The notes under the pieces were generated by a model that was not told where the DNA came from, ran no database searches, and was given only the letters and a program-made list of their open reading frames with translations. Below are positions 51,106 to 58,071 of a stretch of DNA of 64,000 nucleotides, one piece after another. The position numbers were made by a program, and so were the translations under genes. Position 1 is the first letter of the stretch. Every line of letters starts with the position of its first letter. The stretch is from Dehalococcoidia bacterium (lineage in GTDB: Bacteria > Chloroflexota > Dehalococcoidia > Lucifugimonadales > UBA3495): the NCBI GenBank assembly GCA_965247605.1, contig CBDFHM010000011.1:327930-391929 (forward strand), in the 5' to 3' direction.

Positions 51106-51822
51106 CTACTGTCCGCCGGTTGTGGTTATCTCAATGGTCAGGATGCGCAATGTTTCAGTGGGAACTGAAGCCTCACCCCTCGCTGATTGACGCACCGGAG
51201 TGTTGGCAAGTTGGTCCACAGTATCCATGCCCAGGATCACCTCGCCGAATATTGTAAAGTTGGGTTGAAGGCCCACGTCGGTACCGTGGACAATAAAGAA
51301 CTGGCTGCCATTGGTATTTGGTCCGGCATTTGCCATGGCCACTATTCCTTTAGAGTAGCCCCTGGTCACCGGTTCGTCCTGGAAGCTGTAGCCGGGCCCT
51401 CCCGCGCCTGTTCCCGTGGGGTCGCCCGTTTGAATCATAAAGTCACGGATCACGCGGTGAAAGGTCACCTCGTCGTAGAAGCCCTCCCGGGCAAGAAATA
51501 CGAAGTTGTTTACCGTAATTGGCGCCTCCTCAGCGAACAATTCCAGGGTGATCTCCCCTTTGTTGGTGCTGATGACTGCCTTATAGCTGGCAGCCGGGTC
51601 AATAGTCATCAGAGGAGGCTGAGCGAATTGCTTGAAGGTGCGGCCGCCGGCAGCGCTCAATTCCGGGGTGGCCGTGCTCACGGCAGGCGGAGTCGGGGTG
51701 TCGGCGATTCGCAGTAGGTCACCAGGGGTCTCCGTAGGCGGCGGAATTGGGGTAGGCTGGATGATACATCCGGCCGCCAGCAAGGCCGCGAAAAAGACCC
51801 ACAACCAACGTGTTATCTTCAT
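51106..51822 (-). CDS. Cyclophilin-type peptidyl-prolyl isomerase lipoprotein
   Basis: Signal peptide plus lipobox LLAAGC. VNNFVFLAREGFYDEVTFHRVIRDFMIQTGDP and SKGIVAMANAGPNTNGSQFFI. Confidence 0.9.
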   Translation of the reverse strand: MKITRWLWVFFAALLAAGCIIQPTPIPPPTETPGDLLRIADTPTPPAVSTATPELSAAGGRTFKQFAQPPLMTIDPAASYKAVISTNKGEITLELFAEEAPITVNNFVFLAREGFYDEVTFHRVIRDFMIQTGDPTGTGAGGPGYSFQDEPVTRGYSKGIVAMANAGPNTNGSQFFIVHGTDVGLQPNFTIFGEVILGMDTVDQLANTPVRQSARGEASVPTETLRILTIEITTTGGQ

Positions 51823-51840
51823 CGGTGCTTCCTAAAATAG

Positions 51841-51949
51841 CTGTCAGCATTCAGCGATCAGCGATCAGCGATCAGCGATCAGCGATCAGCGGTCAGCAGT
51901 CCTCAGGCCTACTCCTGATGGCTGACGGCTGATCGCTGATCGCTGATCG
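51841..51949. repeat. Inverted pair of heptamer arrays: (NNNTCAG)x7, including CGATCAG x4, facing (CTGANNG)x5
   Basis: The sequence is CTGTCAG CATTCAG CGATCAG CGATCAG CGATCAG CGATCAG CGGTCAG, a spacer of about 25 nt, then CTGATGG CTGACGG CTGATCG CTGATCG CTGATCG. The two arrays can pair as a long hairpin. It lies between the peptidase-MA stop and the PPIase start. Confidence 0.85.
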
Positions 51950-51999
51950 CTCGCAAAGCTTGGCCCAGAGCATACCAGAAAGTCCGGGCATGGTGAAAG

Positions 52000-53322
52000 T
52001 TAACGGCGATAGTCGTCGTAAAAGTCTTGCAAGGTCGGGTCCTCCCACGGCTGGAGCCCTTCCTCTGTGGGACGGACCGGACGAAGCTTTCTCTTCAAGG
52101 AGCTGCCTGCCACCAAGAACAGTACGAACAGGGCCAGGCCCCCCAAAATCCATGCATCGAAGTAGAGGAAAGGCGAGGGTCTGTCGGGCTCTCCCGGTGC
52201 CGGCGCCGCTGGCCCTGAGGGATTGCCGGCCCACCGCGACTCCAGGCCGTTTACGTCGAACCCGTAGGTGCGCTCCATCGCTGCGTTGATGGTGCGGCCC
52301 TGAGTGAGCTGTGTCAGCAGCCGTTTAAAGGCCTCGGCCCCATGTTCCTCCATCAAATAGGCAACCACGCTTTCGGATTTCCGGTAGAAGGTGCCGATGG
52401 CCTGGGCCGTGCCGGGTTGGCTGGACATGGCGCTGAGAGGCAGGCCACGGGAGCTTAGACTAGTGCCGCTATACGCCCTGGAGTTGGGTTCCACGTAGCT
52501 GGCGAAGCCTTCGTCCAGCCAGGCGGGCACGGGGAGAGCGCCCGGTCCCAACGCTTGGTGCAACATGAGGTGGGCGGCTTCGTGAACGATGATTCGCGGC
52601 TGGAAGCCCAACCCTACAAACACTCCGGTGGCTGGGAAAGAGAAGCCGGCGTAAACCCCCTGGGCGGTGATGGTCTGGCTCTGGCGAGGGAAGGCGGCCA
52701 CGGCTTCGGACCGGCGGTTGTAGATGATTCCCTTCATCGGCCCCGGGTCTCCGGCCGGGAGAATGCGGGCGATGCGCGCCAACTGCGGCTCCACCTGATC
52801 GACTACCGATGTCACCCGCGACTCGCTAATATCGTGGTAGCGCAAGACCAACGGGCCCGCCTGGACTTCATTCCACTGGAAGCGGGTGTCTGCATATTCC
52901 AGGGTGGCTAGCGATGTCTGAATTTCATTGCCCAGGGAATCGCGGATGATGTAGTAATACTCTACCTGTGTCCCGGGAGGAAGGTAGACGCTCCCCGAGG
53001 TGTCCAGGTCAAGAATGGCTGTGATTCTCTGCCCCGGATCAAATTTGGGATAGGCATAGGACCAGATCCCATCCTCCAGGGCTCGGTAATACAGCCGTAT
53101 TTCTACAATCTCTCCGTCCGCCTCGGCGGTCAGGTCGAAGCCCAATCCGCCGGGGAATTTGGCCTCCAGCTGGTCACTGACCACCCGTATCTCACCGCCA
53201 GAGGCCTGGACCGGCAGCGAGGTCAGCCAGAGGGCCAGGGCGGCGGCCAGGACCAGAGCCCCGAGAAGGACCGGCCGGCCAAGGCATTTGCGGCGCCCGG
53301 ATGTGAAGAGGGGGAATGGCAA
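52000..53322 (-). CDS. Peptidase MA-like metalloprotease with C-terminal TM anchor
   Basis: IIVHEAAHLMLHQ (HExxH) and WLDEGFASYVE. N-terminal signal and a C-terminal TM helix. TTG start with AGGAG 10 nt upstream. Confidence 0.75.
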   Translation of the reverse strand: MPFPLFTSGRRKCLGRPVLLGALVLAAALALWLTSLPVQASGGEIRVVSDQLEAKFPGGLGFDLTAEADGEIVEIRLYYRALEDGIWSYAYPKFDPGQRITAILDLDTSGSVYLPPGTQVEYYYIIRDSLGNEIQTSLATLEYADTRFQWNEVQAGPLVLRYHDISESRVTSVVDQVEPQLARIARILPAGDPGPMKGIIYNRRSEAVAAFPRQSQTITAQGVYAGFSFPATGVFVGLGFQPRIIVHEAAHLMLHQALGPGALPVPAWLDEGFASYVEPNSRAYSGTSLSSRGLPLSAMSSQPGTAQAIGTFYRKSESVVAYLMEEHGAEAFKRLLTQLTQGRTINAAMERTYGFDVNGLESRWAGNPSGPAAPAPGEPDRPSPFLYFDAWILGGLALFVLFLVAGSSLKRKLRPVRPTEEGLQPWEDPTLQDFYDDYRR

Positions 53323-53545
53323 GGTGGGTAGACTCCTGTGATTCTATTATACCCTTGGAGGGCGTTTGATAACGGCGGCCCTAGTGGCGGTACCAGTGGT
53401 TCTGGCAATGGTCGCTGGCGAGCGAAGGTTAAGAAAATCTCCCCACCCCCTTTTAGGAGGGCGAGGGATTCAGGATAGCGCGGTAATGGCCAACCCCGCA
53501 CGCCACCAGTTGTGCTGGAATCGCCGATTCCAGGAACATATTGGT

Positions 53546-55174
53546 CTAGGATTCTTGGGCCAGGGATGCCTTCACTTGAGTGGCCACGTCCGCCGGAACC
53601 CACTGGGTCCAGACGTCCTCGTTAGTCCTCAGGTAGTAGATGGCCGCCTCGTTCCATCCCTTGTCGTTGTCGGCCTTCCAGGCAGCCAGTTCTGCCAGGG
53701 GTAGAGCGCCGACGAACATCTTCCCTAGAAACTCGACCACCTCGGGGGCACGATCCGTAAATGCGGAGGAAACCCCGGTATGAATGTCCGCTACCGGAAA
53801 AGCGCACCCGATGGTGGACTCGTAGGGTTCCGACTCAATCGCCGCTACAATGGCGGCCTGGCACTCAGGGGTCCATTCGGGCTCTTCCAACAAGGTCATG
53901 TCCAGCTCTGCGATTATCTTGGTGGGCTCCCAATAGTAGGAGACCACGGGCTCTCCGGCGGCGTACGCCCCTATAATGTTGGCATCTATGGCCTCGGCGG
54001 AGCCGGGCTCCAACAGGTTGAAAGTATCATACAGGCCGTAGGCGAATCACTTGGCCCGGATTATCTTCTGACACCTCCAGCCGATGATGCAGTTGGTGAC
54101 GACTCCCTTGGATGGGTCCTTCGGGTCCTGGAACAGCTCTATGAAGTTGGGCAGGTCCAGCACCGACTCCAAACCGGGGTTCTGCTCGATCACGTAGGTG
54201 GGCACGTAGATACCTTGCGTGGAAGTCGCCAGTATTTGCCCCACAGCGCCGTATTCAACGTTGTCTCCGGTTCCCGCCAGGTCCACCAGATTGCCGGAGG
54301 CCACGTTTTCTTCATACCAGTCCTGTTGGTTTTGTCGCCACATCTCCATGTTCACGTCCAGGTCGCCCGCGGGCAGAGCTACTTTCATGGTGCCTGTGGT
54401 CCCGGTGATCTGCTCCACCGGGTAGCCATAGCCGTGCTGGGTGATGTACATGGCGATGGCGTTGTGCTCCTGGATGGTCTCCCACTGGGGGTCGTGGAAT
54501 CTGACAACCTCTTTGGCTGTAGGAGCTGTCGGCGCAGACGTGAGAGTTGGAACTGGCGCAACCGCCGGTAGGGGTGTCGAGCTAGCTACTGCTTCCCGTT
54601 CCGCCGTCACCGGCACAGCTTTGGTTGCCTCTACTTCCACCGCAGCCGGCGTTGGCCCCAGGGTGGGCGTAGGAGTCGGAGCCGGAGTCTCGGCCGGAGT
54701 CTCGGTAGGAGCAACCACTGCAACCGTGCTGCCATCGCCCTCACCGCCGCCGTCACCTCCGGCGACCAAGACCAGTCCCACCACTGCTGCTATAACGACT
54801 GCCACCAGCCCGATGGCTACGGGAACGACGGGAAACCGGCGCCCTCCCTCTGGCACGGGAAGGCCGAGCACCTGCCGGTGGGCGACGGTCCCTTCTTTCT
54901 CGATGAAAAACTGCTCTTGTCCTTGGGCGCCGGTGAACTGGCCCTGGGGGCGGAAGGACAGGGTGACCATGTAGTGGTCTTCCGTCTCATTGTCCTCGAC
55001 GACCTCGAAGGCCATCGGGACGTTCCTGAAACGGCGTCCGTACGCGCCGGGGTCCTCCCTGGCGGTTCGCATGGCCAAGACCCGGGCCTGGTCCAACGAG
55101 ATATAGCCCAGCGCCTCTCCCGCCGAGTCGAACTCGAACTTCTGCTCCTCTTTTTCGCCCTGATCTTCGGCCAT
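53546..55174 (-). pseudogene. Glycine-betaine/choline-type (ProX/OpuAC-like) substrate-binding protein with cytoplasmic N-domain and TM anchor; in-frame TGA at 54049-54047
   Basis: The two track ORFs (54047-55174 and 53546-54013) are in the same frame and are separated only by TGA: ...NCIIGWRCQKIIRAK-TGA-FAYGLYDTFNLLEPGSAEAIDANIIGAYAAGEPVVSYYWEP... The segment aligns by eye with E. coli ProX [21 protein letters not shown]...FYYTWTPYW. Confidence 0.7.
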
Positions 55175-55389
55175 GGGGACCTCTATAGCCTCTTGAGCCC
55201 TCTTGGCGGCACTCCAGCCCTTGCGGCAACCGGACGGCCTTGTAAGCCATTATTGGGGTGACGCGTTGTTCAGTCAAGGACGGACATCGGGACAGCGATA
55301 CACGGAGCAGCCATTGGTGGGGCGGTGAACATTATCCGTAATTTTAAACTTTGGTTAATCATAATTCGAAAAACCATGACCGGCGGTGA

Positions 55390-55419
55390 TTGATAAGCCG
55401 TACATCCGTTCTATATAAT
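55390..55419 (+). promoter_or_regulatory. Candidate promoter with LexA (Cheo-box-like) site for the mutasome cassette
   Basis: TTGATA (55390-55395), 18-nt spacer, TATAAT (55414-55419). The spacer contains CGTACATCCGTTCT (55399-55412), compared with the Gram-positive/Dehalococcoides-type consensus CGAACRNRYGTTYC. There are 3 mismatches, one of them in the GAAC half. Confidence 0.3.
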
Positions 55420-55445
55420 CCCGAAGCTATTCCACGTGTGGGGAG

Positions 55446-55507
55446 CAATCAGCCGTCAGCGGTCAGCAATCAGCCCCCACCCCAAAGCTGAGAGCTGATA
55501 GCTAAGA
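55446..55507. repeat. Inverted heptamer arrays immediately upstream of the four-helix-bundle gene
   Basis: CAATCAG CCGTCAG CGGTCAG CAATCAG, then CCCCCACCCCAAA, then GCTGAGA GCTGATA GCTAAGA. ATG 55509 follows. Confidence 0.75.
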
Positions 55508-55508
55508 A

Positions 55509-55868
55509 ATGAAAGACTTTAGAGAGTTGAAAGTCTGGGAGAAGGGCCATCGGTTGGCCTTGGCTGTTTACAAGGCGACTGCCGCGTTTCCAAAAGATGA
55601 GCTGTACGGGCTGACCGGCCAAATCCGGCGGTCTTGCGTGTCTATCCCAGCCAATATTGCCGAAGGTTGCGGCAGGAATGGAGATGCCGAGCTTGCCCGT
55701 TTTCTCCAGATCGCCATGGGCTCGGCCAGTGAACTGGAGTACCACATCCTACTCGCCCACGATATCGGCTTACTGAGTAACGCAAGTTACGAGCAGCTTT
55801 CACTAGATACGACCGAGGTTAAGCGAATGTTGGCATCCTTCATCCATACACTGAAAGCTGACCGCTGA
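55509..55868 (+). CDS. Four-helix-bundle protein (23S rRNA-intervening-sequence protein family)
   Basis: FRELKVWEKGHRLALAVYKATAAFPKDELYGLTGQIRRSCVSIPANIAEGCGR...FLQIAMGSASELEYHILLA is the family signature. Confidence 0.85.
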   Translation: MKDFRELKVWEKGHRLALAVYKATAAFPKDELYGLTGQIRRSCVSIPANIAEGCGRNGDAELARFLQIAMGSASELEYHILLAHDIGLLSNASYEQLSLDTTEVKRMLASFIHTLKADR

Positions 55869-55892
55869 AAGCTGACCGCTGATGGCTAAAAG
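55851..55892 (+). repeat. Heptamer tandem array spanning the 4HB stop and the imuB start
   Basis: CTGAAAG CTGACCG CTGAAAG CTGACCG CTGATGG CTAAAAG. The TGA stop is at 55866-55868 and the imuB ATG at 55882-55884. Confidence 0.8.
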
Positions 55893-57087
55893 CTTGATTG
55901 CTTGCCTGCTGGTAACCCACCTTCCCGTAAAAGCGGAGATAGGGCGCTATCCCCAGCTCCGGGGAAGGCCGGTTGTCATAACTGAGAGCTATGGCTCAAA
56001 GGAGCTGGTGCTGGACAGCTCCCCCGAGGCCCGGGGCGTTGCCGCCGGCATGTCCTTTCAGGAAGCCGTGTCCCGGTGCAAGGACGCGGTCCTGCTCCAG
56101 GTGGATGCTCCCTACTACGAGTCGCGCTTCGACGCGGTGGTCCGCTCCCTGGAGGGGAGAAGCCCCCTGGTGGAGAAGGGCGAGTTGGGCTGCGCTTACG
56201 TGGGGCTGGGCGGTCTGGAAGCAATGTACGGGGGCGAGGCCAGGCTGATAGCGACCTTGCTCCAGGCGGCGCCCCCTGAGTTCAATCCCCGTATCGGGGT
56301 GGCCGCTGGAAAGTTTCCGGCCTACGTCGCCGCGGTAACCAGCAGCAGCGGCCGGGCCACCAGGGTGCCCCGGGACGCCGCAGGGTTCCTCAAGGAGTAC
56401 TCCATAGACCTGCTGCCCCTGTCCTGGGAAAACAAGTCCCGCCTGCACCACTTCGGGCTGCACACCCTGGGCCAGTTGGCCGCCCTGCCGGTGGGGTCCG
56501 TCCAGGCCCAGCTAAAGTCTGAGGGCAGGAGGGCTTGGGAGCTGGCCGGCGGCATCGACTCCAGTCCCTTGGCGCCCTACCAGCGCGAGGAGGTAGTTGA
56601 TGAGTTCCTCACCTTTCCTTCACCCACCGTAGACCGCCACGCCATCCTGATGGGCCTGGAGATCTTGCTGGGCAGGGCCTTTGCCCGCCCGGAAATCAGG
56701 GGCAGGTATGTCCGCACCGCCACCGTCGAGAGCCAGGTTGGGCCGAGAAAACCTCCCTGGTCCCGGCGCTTCCCTTTCAAGGATGCGGTGGGCAGCAAGG
56801 AGAAGGCCCTGTGGGTCCTGAAAAGCCGGCTGGATACAATGCTGGATACAAGGGCCCTACCCGGACCTCTGGAGGATATGAAGCTGACTTTGGCCGGGTT
56901 CACCGGCGAAACCGGCATCCAGGCTAGCCTTTTCTCCGACGTCCGCCGGCGGGAGCAGCTCCGGGAGATGATGCGCCAGTTGGAGGCGCTCCTGGGTTGC
57001 AAGCCGCCCATCTACCAGGTAAAGGATGTGGAACCATGGTCCAGAGTTCCCGAAAGACGTCAGGCCCTGGTCCAATTCGAGCCCTGA
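55882..57087 (+). CDS. imuB: ImuB-like inactive Y-family DNA polymerase
   Basis: Y-family fold (..SPLVEKGELGCAYVGLGGLE.., ..LPLSWENKSRLHHFGLHTLGQLAALP.. HhH). The N-terminal acidic catalytic motif is replaced (LLVTHLPVKAE). It lies upstream of dnaE2. Confidence 0.75.
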   Translation: MAKSLIACLLVTHLPVKAEIGRYPQLRGRPVVITESYGSKELVLDSSPEARGVAAGMSFQEAVSRCKDAVLLQVDAPYYESRFDAVVRSLEGRSPLVEKGELGCAYVGLGGLEAMYGGEARLIATLLQAAPPEFNPRIGVAAGKFPAYVAAVTSSSGRATRVPRDAAGFLKEYSIDLLPLSWENKSRLHHFGLHTLGQLAALPVGSVQAQLKSEGRRAWELAGGIDSSPLAPYQREEVVDEFLTFPSPTVDRHAILMGLEILLGRAFARPEIRGRYVRTATVESQVGPRKPPWSRRFPFKDAVGSKEKALWVLKSRLDTMLDTRALPGPLEDMKLTLAGFTGETGIQASLFSDVRRREQLREMMRQLEALLGCKPPIYQVKDVEPWSRVPERRQALVQFEP

Positions 57088-57323
57088 ACCTTCCCGTACC
57101 CCTGGCCGTTGAAGAGGATGCCCACCAGAAGCCCCTGGCCCTTACCCTGCGAGGCCGAAGGTTCGAGGTGGCCTCCATAGACGACCTGTGGGAAATCGGC
57201 GACCAGTGGTGGCGGGAGAAGGCCGTGTCCAGGAAGTATTACCAGGTAGCCATTGGGGAGGGCAGACGCATCACCATCTTTCGGGACCTGATTTCCGGGG
57301 GATGGTACCGGCAGAAGGGTTAG
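57036..57323 (+). CDS. Small conserved-looking hypothetical protein downstream of imuB (start uncertain)
   Basis: ...LALTLRGRRFEVASIDDLWEIGDQWWREKAVSRKYYQVAIGEGRRITIFRDLISGGWYRQKG. The only ATG in frame (57036) overlaps the imuB 3' end by about 50 nt. Confidence 0.45.
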   Translation: MVQSSRKTSGPGPIRALNLPVPLAVEEDAHQKPLALTLRGRRFEVASIDDLWEIGDQWWREKAVSRKYYQVAIGEGRRITIFRDLISGGWYRQKG

Positions 57324-57351
57324 GCGATCAGCTATGAGCAGTCAGCTATCG
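57324..57351 (+). repeat. Heptamer tandem array (GCGATCA GCTATGA GCAGTCA GCTATCG)
   Basis: Read directly. Abuts the left arm of the GIY-YIG element. Confidence 0.55.
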
Positions 57352-57354
57352 GTA

Positions 57355-57746
57355 CGAAAATGTCATGCTGAGCCAGCCGCAGCGGCGAAGCATCTGGGGT
57401 GGGGCTGAACTCTGTAGTGAACCAATACTACGTTTACATCATGTCCAGCCATCGAGGGACGCTCTACATCGGCGTAACCAACAACCTTCTACGCCGAGTG
57501 CATGAACACCGCCATAAACTTGTAGACGGATTCACCAAAAGGTATAACGTCTCAAAGCTAGTATATTACGAGGTAACAGAGAATATTGAGTCTGCGATTG
57601 TGCGAGAGAAGCAGATCAAAGGTTGGCTGCGCCGTAAGAAGGTTGACCTTATTGAATCGTCGAATCCCTATTGGATTGACTTGGCCGAAGCGTGGAGTGG
57701 GAGCCCCGCCACCCCAGACCCTTCGCTTCACTCAGGGTGACAATTC
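57355..57746 (+). mobile_element. Two-armed palindromic element, copy D, carrying a GIY-YIG nuclease gene in its loop
   Basis: The left arm (57355-57405) is CGAAAATGTCATGCTGAGCCAGCCGCAGCGGCGAAGCATCTGGGGTGGGGC. The reverse complement of the right arm (57703-57746) is GAATTGTCACCCTGAGTGAAGCGAAGGGTCTGGGGTGGCGGGGC. The same two arm types flank only 21-nt loops at 20888-20998 and 27061-27193. Confidence 0.7.
57399..57740 (+). CDS. GIY-YIG nuclease family protein (UPF0213-like)
   Basis: YYVYIMSSHRGTLYIGVTNNLLRRVHEHRHKLVDGFTKRYNVSKLVYYEVTENIESAIVREKQIKGWLRRKKVDLIESSNPYWIDL. The true start may be GTG 57417. The last 14 codons run into the right repeat arm. Confidence 0.8.
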   Translation: MGLNSVVNQYYVYIMSSHRGTLYIGVTNNLLRRVHEHRHKLVDGFTKRYNVSKLVYYEVTENIESAIVREKQIKGWLRRKKVDLIESSNPYWIDLAEAWSGSPATPDPSLHSG

Positions 57747-57802
57747 TCGCCCCTATGCATCGGTTTCTTTCGGGCCAAAAAGGAGATGTGACGTTCAAGA
57801 GT

Positions 57803-58041
57803 GGTCTTGCGTGTCTATCCCAGCCAACATTGCCGAAGGTTGCGGCAGGAATGGAGACGCTGAGCTTGCTCGGTTCCTCCAGATCGCCATGGGTTCGGCC
57901 AGTGAACTGGAGTACCACCTTATGCTCAGTCGCGACCTCGGCTTGCTGACTGCTGTAGAACACAAGCAACTTACTGCAGACACCACGGAAGTGAAGCGTA
58001 TGCTTACATCCTTCATTCAAACTCTAAAAGCTAACCGCTGA
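57803..58041 (+). pseudogene. 5'-truncated second copy of the four-helix-bundle gene
   Basis: From GGTCTTGCGTGTCTATCCCAGCC onward it is near-identical in nucleotide sequence to 55636-55868 (SCVSIPANIAEGCGRNGDAELARFLQIAMGSASELEYH...). The first 42 or so codons are missing, replaced by the GIY-YIG element plus about 56 nt. Confidence 0.8.
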
Positions 58042-58071
58042 CCCTGATAGCTGACCGCTGATGACTGATAG
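58024..58071 (+). repeat. Heptamer array spanning the truncated-4HB stop and the dnaE2 start
   Basis: CTAAAAG CTAACCG CTGACCC TGATAG CTGACCG CTGATGA CTGATAG. The TGA is at 58039-58041 and the dnaE2 ATG at 58061-58063. GCTGACCGCTGATG is shared with the imuB start. Confidence 0.8.

Noticed and set aside
51841-51949. The heptamer arrays, here and at the other listed loci, considered as CRISPR arrays.
   Set aside because: The units are 7 nt and directly abutting, with no spacers. No cas genes are present in the window.
57586-58041. A 151-aa track ORF spanning the GIY-YIG 3' region and the truncated four-helix-bundle copy.
   Set aside because: It is a chimera. Its first half is an out-of-frame read of the GIY-YIG gene and repeat arm, and only the last 79 or so residues are four-helix-bundle sequence.
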